Source: Alphaproteobacteria bacterium
Lineage (GTDB): Bacteria; Pseudomonadota; Alphaproteobacteria; RF32; CAG-239
Length of the DNA stretch: 60,725 bases
Assembly (NCBI GenBank): GCA_045630985.1
Contig: JAZQTW010000058.1
Coordinates: forward strand, 1 to 60,725
Direction of reading: 5' to 3'
The notes beneath the pieces were generated by a model that was given only the letters and a program-made list of their open reading frames with translations, made no database searches and had not been told where the DNA came from. Positions within the stretch are counted from its first letter, which is position 1. Every line of letters begins with the position of its first letter. Position numbers and translations under genes: made by a program. Shown here in pieces: positions 28,568-39,340 of the stretch.

Positions 28568-30382
28568 ATGTTAAAAATTTTGGGAAAATTATATTATATG
28601 TTAAAGGCGAGCTACATAATTACATTGTTAAGCGGTATAGGAATATTTAATTCTTGTACAGCAAATTTGGTTAATCCTCAAACAGCACATCAATATGTGA
28701 GCGTTAGAAAACAAGAAACTTTATATGGAAATTATCTTGCAGGAAGAGTGGCTCTTTTACGTCAGGATTACAATAACGCTGCTAAATATCATGTAAAAGC
28801 TTTTGAAAAAGGCTTAGAAAACGAAGATGTACTTAATAAAACATACATGATATTGACCGCAACAGGGCATATAGATAAAGCAGAGAATTTTGCAGATAAA
28901 GCTCGTAAAAATGGTAGTGACGATGTTTTTATTGATGTTATAAAGGCAATAACTTTATTTAAAAAAGGTGAATATCGATTCGCAAGGGAGAATATTAATA
29001 AAGTAAAGGAAAAACCATATACATCATTTATAAATCCTTTATTTAATGCATGGACATATGCTGGTGAAGGAAACTATTTTCAGGCAATGAATGAAATTAA
29101 AGTGCTATCAGAAAACCTAGATACACAAACAGTATATAATGTGCACGCAGGTCTCATTTCAGAATATTTTGATAAAAATAAAGAGGCAGAGATCTTCTAT
29201 AATAAAATAATTTCAGATAAAGCAACAGATGTGTCTTTTAGAGTTCTGCAAATTATGTCCAATTTCTTTGTGCGAATGGGTAAAAAAGATAAAGCGAATG
29301 AATTGGTTTCAAAATACTATGGTAGTAGCAATATAAAAGAGATGCTCAGTTCTTTAAGTGATAAAATTAAAGAAGGGGCAATATCAACCAAACCCATTAT
29401 AAAAACAGCAAATCAAGGTGTGGCTGAAGTGTTTTTGGAAATAGCATTATTATATAAATCAATAACTGGTGGTGAAGATTATGCTCATCTAAACATGGCT
29501 ATTTCGGAGTATTTTAATCCACAAAATGACGTAACCAAAATAGCAATGGCTGATATATATGAAGAAAAATTCATGTTAAATGATGCTAACAGATATTATG
29601 ATAATATTAATAAAAAATCAGAATTATACTATCCTGCGCAAATGCGTAAAGCCAACAATCTTATAGAAGTAAAAAAATATGATGAGGCTATTATTATACT
29701 AAAAAAACTAAATAAAAGTAATGCCAATAATTTTAGATTGCTATATAATTTGGGAGATGCGTTACGAATTAGCAACAATCATCAAGAAGCGATAAAATAT
29801 TATAATAAAGCAATAGATTCTATTTTTTATGAAACAGAAAAACATTGGCCTGTTTATTATTCGCTAGCCATATCTTATGATAAAAGTGATCAGTGGATGG
29901 AGGCTGAAAAGAGTCTTAGAAAGGCTTTGGAATTAAGTGGTAGACATCCACAAGTTCTTAACTATTTAGGATATAGTTGGCTTAAATATGGTATTAATTT
30001 GGATAATGCTGCTCTTATGATTTTAGAAGCGTACGAAAAAGAGCCTAATGATAGCGTGATAATGGATAGTCTTGGATGGGTTTATTTTAAAACAGGTAAT
30101 TATAAAAATGCTATTTTATATTTAGAAAAAGCTTCAGAATTAAATCCTCAAAACGCTATCATAAGCGACCATCTAGGTGATGCTTATTGGCAAGGAGGTC
30201 GTAAAAATGAGGCAAGATTTTTGTGGCAAAGGGCTTTACATCAAGAAGATGAGGCTGAAGAATTAAATGCAAAAAAAGTTAAGAATAAAATAGAAAATGG
30301 GTTAAGGCAAATAAATACAATAACCCTAAAAGACGAAAAAGTATATGAAACATTAAAACAGCTAGAAAATATAGCCAATTAA
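28568..30382 (+). CDS. TPR-repeat protein, probable lipoprotein
   Basis: 604 aa. Possible lipobox (GIFNSC). Many TPR-like A/Y/L-patterned repeats (e.g. GNYKNAILYLEKASELNPQNA). The start could instead be ATG 28598. Confidence 0.7.
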   Translation: MLKILGKLYYMLKASYIITLLSGIGIFNSCTANLVNPQTAHQYVSVRKQETLYGNYLAGRVALLRQDYNNAAKYHVKAFEKGLENEDVLNKTYMILTATGHIDKAENFADKARKNGSDDVFIDVIKAITLFKKGEYRFARENINKVKEKPYTSFINPLFNAWTYAGEGNYFQAMNEIKVLSENLDTQTVYNVHAGLISEYFDKNKEAEIFYNKIISDKATDVSFRVLQIMSNFFVRMGKKDKANELVSKYYGSSNIKEMLSSLSDKIKEGAISTKPIIKTANQGVAEVFLEIALLYKSITGGEDYAHLNMAISEYFNPQNDVTKIAMADIYEEKFMLNDANRYYDNINKKSELYYPAQMRKANNLIEVKKYDEAIIILKKLNKSNANNFRLLYNLGDALRISNNHQEAIKYYNKAIDSIFYETEKHWPVYYSLAISYDKSDQWMEAEKSLRKALELSGRHPQVLNYLGYSWLKYGINLDNAALMILEAYEKEPNDSVIMDSLGWVYFKTGNYKNAILYLEKASELNPQNAIISDHLGDAYWQGGRKNEARFLWQRALHQEDEAEELNAKKVKNKIENGLRQINTITLKDEKVYETLKQLENIAN

Positions 30383-31780
30383 TTATTTCTGATAATTAGA
30401 AATTAAATCAAATAAAATTTTAGACCATTTTTCAACTAAAATTTCATCGCTTGCTTCTACTCTAAGTTTTATAACTGGCTCTGTTCCAGACTTTCTAGCA
30501 ATTAAAGTACTATCGCTTCCTAGCTCGTCTTTTGCTTTGACAAGAGCTTGTTTTACGTCATCATATTCTACACTTTGTTGCATATACTCTTTGGTTGAAA
30601 ATCTAATATTTTTAATTACACAAGGATATGGTGTAAAAATAGGGAATATGTCACTCATTTTTCTTCCGTCATCAAGATATGCAAGAGCTAAAATAATCGC
30701 AGTAGCAAGGGCATCTCCTGTTTTTGCGTAATTAGATAAAACAATATGGCCAACAACCTCTCCACCTAAAACAGCTCCTTTTTCTTTCATTAGATCAATA
30801 ACATAACGTTCGCCTACTTTACTTTTATCGTATATATACCCATTATTATTTAAGTAGTTACCAAGGCCTAAGTTAGACCACTCGGTTGTTATAACTGTGT
30901 TGTTTGTTAGTTTGTTTTGCTTTTTTAGATATTGAGCTAAAAAGCAAACGAGTTGATCGCCATCAATTTCAGTACCTTTATCATCAATAAGAATGATTCT
31001 ATCGCCATCTCCATCAACAGCTATACCAAAGTGCGCGTTTGCTTCTACAACGGTTTTAGATAGATTCTCTGTGTGTTGGGTGCCGCAGTTTTCGTTAATA
31101 TTATAACCGTTTGGAGTGTTATTTATTGCAATAACTCCAGCTCCTAAATCTTTAAATGTTTGTGGTAAAATGTAGTGATAAGCACCGTTTGCGCAATCTA
31201 ATACAATTTTTAACCCCTGTAATGCTTTATAGTTTGGGGCAATGTTGCGCATTTTTTCTATATATTCTTCAATAACAGTATTGTTATAGACAACTCTCCC
31301 GAGGGGAGAAGGGTTTTTGACTTTTTTTTGATTTATTGAGTTGTTGTTATTGTTGGTTGAGTTATAGTTATTGCATTGTTCTTGTTCCAAAAACCCTTCA
31401 ACTTTTGCATAAAACTCATCAGGAAATTTATCGCCATTTTTATCAATAAGTTTTATGCCATTATCATGATGTGGATTATGTGATGCTGTAATCATCAAAG
31501 ATATATCTACATCTAAATTTTGTGTTTCAAGCGTTAAAAGAGGGGTTGGAACGATTCCTAAAGATATAACAGAAACTCCATTTGATGTAAAACCAGCAGT
31601 TAGAGCCGCTTCTAGCATATCTCCAGAAATGCGTGTGTCTTTACCAATGGCAACTTTTTTCTTTTCTAAACAAGCAAAGTTGCTTAAAACTTCTGCTAAG
31701 TTAAATGCAAAACATGCATTCATTGGGTAAACGTTAGCAATTCCTCTTACGCCATCTGTTCCAAATAATTTATTAGTCAT
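30383..31780 (-). CDS. glmM: phosphoglucosamine mutase
   Basis: Start set to ATG 31780 (MTNKLFGTDGVRG) rather than the TTG at 31795. Active-site TASHNPHHDNGIK, DGDGDR. Contains an Asn-rich insertion. Confidence 0.93.
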   Translation of the reverse strand: MTNKLFGTDGVRGIANVYPMNACFAFNLAEVLSNFACLEKKKVAIGKDTRISGDMLEAALTAGFTSNGVSVISLGIVPTPLLTLETQNLDVDISLMITASHNPHHDNGIKLIDKNGDKFPDEFYAKVEGFLEQEQCNNYNSTNNNNNSINQKKVKNPSPLGRVVYNNTVIEEYIEKMRNIAPNYKALQGLKIVLDCANGAYHYILPQTFKDLGAGVIAINNTPNGYNINENCGTQHTENLSKTVVEANAHFGIAVDGDGDRIILIDDKGTEIDGDQLVCFLAQYLKKQNKLTNNTVITTEWSNLGLGNYLNNNGYIYDKSKVGERYVIDLMKEKGAVLGGEVVGHIVLSNYAKTGDALATAIILALAYLDDGRKMSDIFPIFTPYPCVIKNIRFSTKEYMQQSVEYDDVKQALVKAKDELGSDSTLIARKSGTEPVIKLRVEASDEILVEKWSKILFDLISNYQK

Positions 31781-31858
31781 TATTTTTAGCTCCAAAATCA
31801 GTTTTAATCGAACTTAATCTAAATCCTTAAAACGGATAATGCAAGCTTATTTGTTTTT

Positions 31859-32479
31859 TTACATAACGTATCTAAGTCCTAGGTAAACTTCTTGATTTTC
31901 AAGAGTTGTCTTACCATTATACTCATTTAAGTCACTGTTTCCCATATCAAAATAACGATATCCTAAATCAACATTTAAACGATTTGTAACTTTAACAGAG
32001 ATACCTGCGCCTAAAGACCACATAAAGCTATTATCTTTTAGTTTATGATTTATGCCGACTGTTTTGTTGTATAGAGATAGCTTACTTCTTGTGTATCCAA
32101 TTCCGGCATTAATATATGGTGTAAACCATGAATAAGGGAAAAAGTCATAATATAATGCGAACATATATGAATTTGTTTCAAAAGTACCTTCGGTAATAGA
32201 TCCAATGTTATCAGTATTTTTCTTTCTCCAAATATATTCGAATTCACCTCTTACATGTTTGTATCTATATCCGAGAGCGCCACTAGCGAATAATCTTTCT
32301 TTATCTACAACATAGTCAGAAGGGCTGCTATTAACGTTACTACGATCATCCTCTAATTTGTATTCTGCTACACCGATACGACCAGCAAGATAAAATCCGT
32401 CACATTCTGCGTTAGCTGTTTTTATTGATGCACAGGATAATGCAGCAATAGCTAAAAAAGTTAATATTTTTTTTGTCAT
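31859..32479 (-). CDS. small outer-membrane beta-barrel protein (Omp25/OmpA-TM-like)
   Basis: Start set to ATG 32479, which has GGAG upstream. Signal peptide (SIKTANA/E). Eight amphipathic strands (GFYLAGRIGVAEY, LGYRYKHVRGEFEY, WSLGAGISVKV, NVDLGYRYFDMG, VYLGLRYVM). Confidence 0.65.
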   Translation of the reverse strand: MTKKILTFLAIAALSCASIKTANAECDGFYLAGRIGVAEYKLEDDRSNVNSSPSDYVVDKERLFASGALGYRYKHVRGEFEYIWRKKNTDNIGSITEGTFETNSYMFALYYDFFPYSWFTPYINAGIGYTRSKLSLYNKTVGINHKLKDNSFMWSLGAGISVKVTNRLNVDLGYRYFDMGNSDLNEYNGKTTLENQEVYLGLRYVM

Positions 32480-32647
32480 AAAAAACTCCATAGTTCAATG
32501 TTTGCGAATCGAGTTGTTGACAAAATAACACAAAATTTAAACAAAACAAGTAAAAAATTAATAAAAAGTAAATTTTTTTTTATTATTGCACCTAAAACCC
32601 CTTAAAATCATTGCTTTTTTAATATTTTATGATAAACCATATTACAC

Positions 32648-33023
32648 GGTGGTCGGATAGCTGCGCATAATTTATGTGAGGAAAGTCCGAGCGTCATGGA
32701 AACAAGGTACCAGATAACGTCTGGCTAGAGAAATCTAAGGGAAAGTGCCACAGAAATATACCGCCAAATTTATTTGGTAAGGTTGAAAAGGCGAGGTAAG
32801 AGCTCACCGCAACAGTAGTAATATTGTTGGCAAGGTAAACCCTATCTGACGCAAGACCAAGTTAGGAGTGCGATTTTTTTCGTAACATGGAGCGTTTCCA
32901 CTCCACTCCAGAGGTAGGTCGCTCGAGCTAAATGGTGACATTTAGCCTAGATGAATAGCTATCGCTTATAATCTTTACTATGTAAAGCAAATGATAAGTA
33001 CAGAACTCGGCTTATAGACCACC
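32648..33023 (+). ncRNA. rnpB: RNase P RNA, bacterial type A
   Basis: Universal blocks GAGGAAAGTCCG, AAGGGAAAGTGCCACAG, GGTAAGAGCTCACCGC, CTAGATGAATAGCTATC and ACAGAACTCGGCTTATAG. The P1 helix is formed by GGTGGTC (32648) and GACCACC (33017-33023). The ends are approximate. Confidence 0.93.
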
Positions 33024-33047
33024 TAAATTATTTTTTAGGAGAGATTA

Positions 33048-33896
33048 ATGCAGTGCACTATTAAAAATATTGTTGAAATAAAGGGTGTTGGATTACATTC
33101 TGGTATCGATTCGGTTTTAAAGATTGAACCTGCAAAAGAAAATACTGGTATAGTTTTTAAAAGAAGTGATATGGAAAATGCTCTTCCAATCAATGGACTG
33201 TATTCAAGTGTTGTTGATACAAGAAACTGTACTTGTTTAGGAACGGATTCTAAAAACATTGTGAGCACAATTGAACATCTTATGTCTGTGTTATATATTT
33301 TAGGTATAGATAATGCAATAATCTCAGTAAATAACCCAGAGATACCAATACTTGATGGTAGTGGAAAAGTTTTTTATGATATATTAAGCAAAGTTGAAAA
33401 AATAAAACAAACATCAAAACGTAAATATCTAAAAGTAAAAAAAGAAGTTGTTTTTGAAGATGGTAAAGGTGCAAGCGTTAAATTGTTACCTGCTGATGAG
33501 TTTGCTATAGAATTTAATATAGATTTTCCCTCAAAAATTGTTGGAAAACAATCATTTGATGCTAAGATAGATGAAAGCATTTTTGTTAAGAAAATAGCAC
33601 CATGTCGTACATTTTGTGAAAAATATCAAGTGGATTATCTTAAATCTATAGGTCTAATAAAGGGTGGTTCGCTAGATAATGCGGTTGTTTTGGACGGTGA
33701 TACAATATTAAACCCAGAAGGTTTTAGGGTAGAAAATGAGTGTGTAAATCATAAAGTCATGGATACTATAGGTGATTTATATACATCTGGATACTATATT
33801 ATAGCAAAAGTTGTTGCTAATAAAAGTGGTCACTATCATAATAATGAAGTTCTAAAAAAACTTTTTGCCTCAGAATATAATTATGAGTTAGTATAA
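33048..33896 (+). CDS. lpxC: UDP-3-O-acyl-N-acetylglucosamine deacetylase
   Basis: 282 aa. GVGLHSG, TIEHLMS, HKVMDTIGDLY. AGGAGA RBS. Confidence 0.93.
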   Translation: MQCTIKNIVEIKGVGLHSGIDSVLKIEPAKENTGIVFKRSDMENALPINGLYSSVVDTRNCTCLGTDSKNIVSTIEHLMSVLYILGIDNAIISVNNPEIPILDGSGKVFYDILSKVEKIKQTSKRKYLKVKKEVVFEDGKGASVKLLPADEFAIEFNIDFPSKIVGKQSFDAKIDESIFVKKIAPCRTFCEKYQVDYLKSIGLIKGGSLDNAVVLDGDTILNPEGFRVENECVNHKVMDTIGDLYTSGYYIIAKVVANKSGHYHNNEVLKKLFASEYNYELV

Positions 33897-33909
33897 GGGA
33901 GAGATAGAT

Positions 33910-34659
33910 ATGAAAAATATACTACATTGTTTAGTTGTTATGTGTTTGTTTTCTTTAACATCTTGTGCAACACGGCAAGAGGTGGTTATATCAGAAAATG
34001 CATCTGCAGAAGAATTATATAATCAAGCATATAACTATTTAGAAAGAACATCATATCAAAAGGCTGCAGAAACTTTTGATAAAGTAGAGACAGAGCACCC
34101 ATATTCAAAATGGGCAACAAAATCAAAAATAATGAGTGCATACTCATATTATAAAGATGAAAAATATGATGATGCTATCAATGCATTAGATAGATTTATT
34201 CGTTTACATCCGGGTAACAAAGATATTGCCTATGCTTACTATTTAAAAGGCGTGTGTTTTTATGATCAAATAGCTCCATCGCAAAAAGAACAATCATCAA
34301 CAAAAGACGCATATGATACCTTTGCTCAAGTAATAACAATGTTTCCAGATAGCGAATATGCAACAGATGCTAAAGCAAAAATGGCTCTTATTGAAGATCA
34401 TTTAGCCGGACACGAAATGAATGTTGGCAGATATTATTTGTATAACAAAGAATATATTTCAGCATTAAACAGATTTTCAACAGTAACAGAATTATATCAA
34501 ACTACATCTCAAATAGAAGAGGCTTTGTATAGAGAAGTAGAAATATATACACTATTAGGACTAAACGCAGAAGCTAAGAAAAAGGAAGGTATTTTACGTA
34601 GCAACTATCCTAATGGCAAATGGACAGAGATGGCATCAGAACTAGTATCAAAAGGGTAA
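33910..34659 (+). CDS. bamD: outer membrane protein assembly factor BamD
   Basis: 249 aa. Lipobox LTSC. TPR-like YfiO pattern (AEELYNQAYNYLERTSYQKAAETFDKVETEHPYSKWA). Confidence 0.8.
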   Translation: MKNILHCLVVMCLFSLTSCATRQEVVISENASAEELYNQAYNYLERTSYQKAAETFDKVETEHPYSKWATKSKIMSAYSYYKDEKYDDAINALDRFIRLHPGNKDIAYAYYLKGVCFYDQIAPSQKEQSSTKDAYDTFAQVITMFPDSEYATDAKAKMALIEDHLAGHEMNVGRYYLYNKEYISALNRFSTVTELYQTTSQIEEALYREVEIYTLLGLNAEAKKKEGILRSNYPNGKWTEMASELVSKG

Positions 34660-34669
34660 AAATAATTAA

Positions 34670-36349
34670 ATGCTAAAAACACTATCAATTCGTAATGTTG
34701 TTTTAATAGATAGTCTAGATATAGATTTTTCTAACGGATTAGTAGTGTTTAGCGGTGAAACGGGCGCCGGTAAATCTATTTTGTTAGATTCGCTTGGTTT
34801 GTTGCTAGGAAATAAAGCAGAGACATCATTAATACGCACAGGAGCTGATAAACTTAGCGTAACAGGTGTTTTTGATGTGTCATCAAAAAATAAGATATAT
34901 GATATAGCAAAAGAACATGAGCTAGATATCGATGGAGATATTATCATTAAAAGAATTATATCTTTAGATGGAAAAAATAAAATCTTATTTAATGATCAAA
35001 TCATTACTCTAAAGCTATTAAAAGAGTTGAGCCAAAATCTAATAGAAATACATGGTCAGCATGATAATCAAGGGTTGCTAAATAGTAATACTCACTGCGA
35101 TATATTAGATGAATATGCAAAGTGTGATAAAGATAAAAGTTTCACAAAATATTGTTATGAAAATTATAGAGAAGCAATAAAAGAGCTAGAAAAAAAAGAA
35201 CAAGAGATACAAAAAGCTAAAGAAGACGAAGAAAATATAATACACTGGGTTAAAGAATTAGAAAAAATATCTCCACAAAAAGGCGAAGAAGAAGAATTAA
35301 AAATTCGCCGTAGCGAATTAATGAATGCTGAAAAAATTATAGAAAAACTAAATACAGCATATTCATGTTTAAATGGTGGTAATTCAATAGTAGATTCTAT
35401 ATCAAAAGCAATAAACTCTATATCTAGAGCAAATGAATTTGTTAATGATAAGTATAAAGATATCGAGCAAAATCTAGAAAATGCAATGTATAGCATAAAT
35501 GATGCTATTGAACAAATAGAATCAAGCTCTTCTGATATTTCATATAATCAAAATGAAATAGATAATATAGAAACACGACTATTCGCATTAAGGGATTTAG
35601 CAAAAAAACACCAAACAGATATCGATTCTCTTCCTGAAAAATTGGATGAATTAAAAGAATTGTTGCAAAATCTTCAAAAAGGTGAAGATTGTTTACATAA
35701 TTTAAAAATAAGAGTAAAAGAACTTAAAGATGAATATATTAATAAGGCTGAAGCTTTAAGCAAAAAAAGAAAAGAATTTGCAGAGCAATTAAATAAGAAC
35801 ATAATGAAGGAATTACCTCCATTAAAAATGGAGAAGGCAAAATTTCAAACAACTATATCGCAAAAAGAAGAAGATTTTTGGTCAACAAATGGTTGGGATA
35901 AAGTTTGCTTTGAAGTTTCAACAAATCCCAATACTCCATTGGGCCCACTAAATAAAATAGCATCAGGTGGTGAGTTATCTCGTTTTATGTTAGCTCTAAA
36001 AGTAAATCTTGCTCAACAAGGTACGCAAGAAACACTTATTTTTGATGAAATTGATGCCGGTATTGGCGGAGCAACAGCAGAGGCTGTTGGCGAAAGATTA
36101 TCTAAATTAGCTAAAAATGTGCAGGTTTTTGTTGTAACACATTCTCCTCAAGTAGCGTCATTTAGTAATGAGCACTTTAAGGTAGAGAAAAATACAATAA
36201 ATAATGTTACAACAACAAGTATACAAAAACTAACTTCAGATGGAAAACTAGAAGAAATTGCAAGAATGCTAGCTGGTGAAAAAATAACAGAAGAAGCTAG
36301 AGCTGCAGCAAGAGTTCTACTCAACAAGGACGGTCTCTTAAAAATTTAA
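34670..36349 (+). CDS. recN: DNA repair protein RecN
   Basis: 559 aa. Walker A GETGAGKSILLDSL, long coiled coil, signature ASGGELSRFMLALK, Walker B LIFDEIDAGIGG. Confidence 0.93.
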   Translation: MLKTLSIRNVVLIDSLDIDFSNGLVVFSGETGAGKSILLDSLGLLLGNKAETSLIRTGADKLSVTGVFDVSSKNKIYDIAKEHELDIDGDIIIKRIISLDGKNKILFNDQIITLKLLKELSQNLIEIHGQHDNQGLLNSNTHCDILDEYAKCDKDKSFTKYCYENYREAIKELEKKEQEIQKAKEDEENIIHWVKELEKISPQKGEEEELKIRRSELMNAEKIIEKLNTAYSCLNGGNSIVDSISKAINSISRANEFVNDKYKDIEQNLENAMYSINDAIEQIESSSSDISYNQNEIDNIETRLFALRDLAKKHQTDIDSLPEKLDELKELLQNLQKGEDCLHNLKIRVKELKDEYINKAEALSKKRKEFAEQLNKNIMKELPPLKMEKAKFQTTISQKEEDFWSTNGWDKVCFEVSTNPNTPLGPLNKIASGGELSRFMLALKVNLAQQGTQETLIFDEIDAGIGGATAEAVGERLSKLAKNVQVFVVTHSPQVASFSNEHFKVEKNTINNVTTTSIQKLTSDGKLEEIARMLAGEKITEEARAAARVLLNKDGLLKI

Positions 36350-37251
36350 GGAATATAGTCCATTATCTCTAGTGTATCTGCTTTTCTCGTAAAATATTTA
36401 CCAGATCCAACCACAGTTACCTTTGATTTAGCTCCATTTAACCACCACGCAAGCTCACAAAATGTACTCATATAAGAGCAAAGTGTTTCATTTGTTGAGC
36501 CAAGTATATACATATCCGCTGTAGCGTCTATCATTGATTTGTAGTTTTTATTTGGTAGTTCTATAATACGATTTGGATATCTTTTATAAAATACATCAGC
36601 AATATCTTTAGACATGGCGCTAAGAAAAAATATGGTATCACTTGGATATGAATCCATAATATCAAAAAAGGTTTCAAGTTTTTCATTCCCGCCAAACCAG
36701 TTTTTGTAGTCTGGCGCATTTCTTACTTGCACAGATACATAACTGCTAGGAATATAAACAGAATTTATTCTTTCAAGCACTTTTTGAGATGGTCTTAATG
36801 CTAAGAAATATGGTTTATAAATATCGATCACTTCTTGAGGTATTTTATTATACATCCTATCAATAGAAAAGGGTGGTGTTGTCTTAAAATCATTCTTTGC
36901 TACTAGAAGTCCCCAACCTCGCACATATTTAAATAAAGGATTTGCCTTGGGGTTTTTATCGTTTATTAAATGTGGGTCATTGATTTCCCAAATATTAGCA
37001 GGATAATGAAATTCAAACAACTCTGAAAACTTAGCAGACACCCAACCTTTATCGGTCCAATATAAATTAATTTGACGAGGATGATAATACCTTACATAAG
37101 AAATTAATTTTTTTAATCTGTTACCTAACCCATGATAATTCTCAAAGTGCAAACTAAGAGTTTGGGTATCACTATTATATCCATATAAAGCAAAAGCTGA
37201 TTTGATGTATATAAAACAAATAAGTGTAAAAAATAATATAAATTGCTTCAT
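36346..37251 (-). CDS. signal-peptide protein with fucosyltransferase-superfamily-like (GT-B) motifs; paralogue of 5587-6504
   Basis: 301 aa. Signal peptide (IYIKSAFA/LY). GLGNRLKKL, VSVQVRNAPDY, ADMYILGSTNETLCSYMSTFCELAWWLNG. Sits 1 nt downstream of the LOG-family gene. Confidence 0.4.
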   Translation of the reverse strand: MKQFILFFTLICFIYIKSAFALYGYNSDTQTLSLHFENYHGLGNRLKKLISYVRYYHPRQINLYWTDKGWVSAKFSELFEFHYPANIWEINDPHLINDKNPKANPLFKYVRGWGLLVAKNDFKTTPPFSIDRMYNKIPQEVIDIYKPYFLALRPSQKVLERINSVYIPSSYVSVQVRNAPDYKNWFGGNEKLETFFDIMDSYPSDTIFFLSAMSKDIADVFYKRYPNRIIELPNKNYKSMIDATADMYILGSTNETLCSYMSTFCELAWWLNGAKSKVTVVGSGKYFTRKADTLEIMDYIP

Positions 37252-37252
37252 A

Positions 37253-38206
37253 TTATAATCTTTTCTGTCTCTTTTTTAATCTAGCCAATTTATAACTTAC
37301 AACAGATGTATCTCGACCTGTTTTGGCCAAACGTTCGTACATTCTTTCAATTTCTTTTTCGAGATATGCTGTTTCAATTTCATTTTCTAAATTTGCTTTT
37401 TCTTCATCATTACCAAATCCTCTAATTGCACAAACATCTCTGATTATATCAATTACTTCCATATTAGAACTATAATGACGTTTAATAAAATACGGTAACT
37501 CATAAACTAACTCGCGAGATGAAGCATAAACAGTTTCTCCTTTTTTACATTTGCCATATTTAGACTTTAATAAACTAAAAGCAACCTCCAATTCAAATTC
37601 ATTGTCTACCACAATAAAAGGGACAGGATCCGCGAATCCTTTACTTGCCATAGACTTTAAAAATTCCAATAAATGATGAAAGAACCCATTTATATTGTAT
37701 AAAATAAATGGCTTCTTTTGTAATAAACCGTCTTGCATTGCAACACAATCATATGCAAGTTCATCAAGAGTTCCAACTCCACCAGGAGCAAAAACCACAA
37801 AGTCAGCATCAAGTAAACGTTGTTTTCTTTCTTCTAATGTCTTTGCGAAAATTACATTTATATGTTTAAGCATAACATCATCAGAATCATAAAGCTTGTA
37901 ATACTCTTCAGTTGTAATACCTTGTATTGGAAAGTCTTTTTTTCCACATTGTTGCTTTTCGTTCCAACCGTCCATAACACCTCTAGCAACAGCACCCATA
38001 ATACCTGCATTAGAGAGACCAAAATCTAACTTAAAGCCCATTTTTACAATTTGTTTACCTAGATTGTACGTTTCTTTAACGTAAACAGGATTATGCCCAC
38101 CACGAGAACCACCTGCAACAAAAACCCTAATACCATCTTTTTCATTCTCTTTAATAAAGGATGACAACAGTTCTTCGCTGTTTTTACAAGATTTTTTTCT
38201 AGCCAT
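37253..38206 (-). CDS. LOG family (TIGR00730-type) nucleotide N-glycosidase-like protein with a C-terminal extension
   Basis: Start set to ATG 38206, 1 nt after the tgt stop. The track start is 38278. PGGVGTLDE motif and GGSRGG near the N-terminus. ~120 extra C-terminal residues. Confidence 0.7.
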   Translation of the reverse strand: MARKKSCKNSEELLSSFIKENEKDGIRVFVAGGSRGGHNPVYVKETYNLGKQIVKMGFKLDFGLSNAGIMGAVARGVMDGWNEKQQCGKKDFPIQGITTEEYYKLYDSDDVMLKHINVIFAKTLEERKQRLLDADFVVFAPGGVGTLDELAYDCVAMQDGLLQKKPFILYNINGFFHHLLEFLKSMASKGFADPVPFIVVDNEFELEVAFSLLKSKYGKCKKGETVYASSRELVYELPYFIKRHYSSNMEVIDIIRDVCAIRGFGNDEEKANLENEIETAYLEKEIERMYERLAKTGRDTSVVSYKLARLKKRQKRL

Positions 38207-38207
38207 A

Positions 38208-39335
<1,128 letters not shown>

Positions 39336-39340
39336 TTATC

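Noticed and set aside
32492-32647. Search for a clear sigma-70 promoter for rnpB, and for a hidden tRNA in the 156-nt spacer.
   Set aside because: Several TTGnnn / TAnnnT combinations exist, but none has convincing spacing, and in such AT-rich DNA they are expected by chance. No cloverleaf-compatible sequence was seen.
33035-33268. 77-aa minus-strand ORF spanning the lpxC start.
   Set aside because: It overlaps the N-terminal, motif-bearing part of lpxC (GVGLHSG) on the opposite strand. It has no RBS.
5587-37251. The possibility that the two GT-like paralogues (direct orientation, ~30 kb apart) delimit a mobile or recombining segment.
   Set aside because: Nucleotide identity is only moderate, and the longest identical runs I saw are ~17 nt. 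The intervening genes are core housekeeping genes. No integrase or transposase is present.
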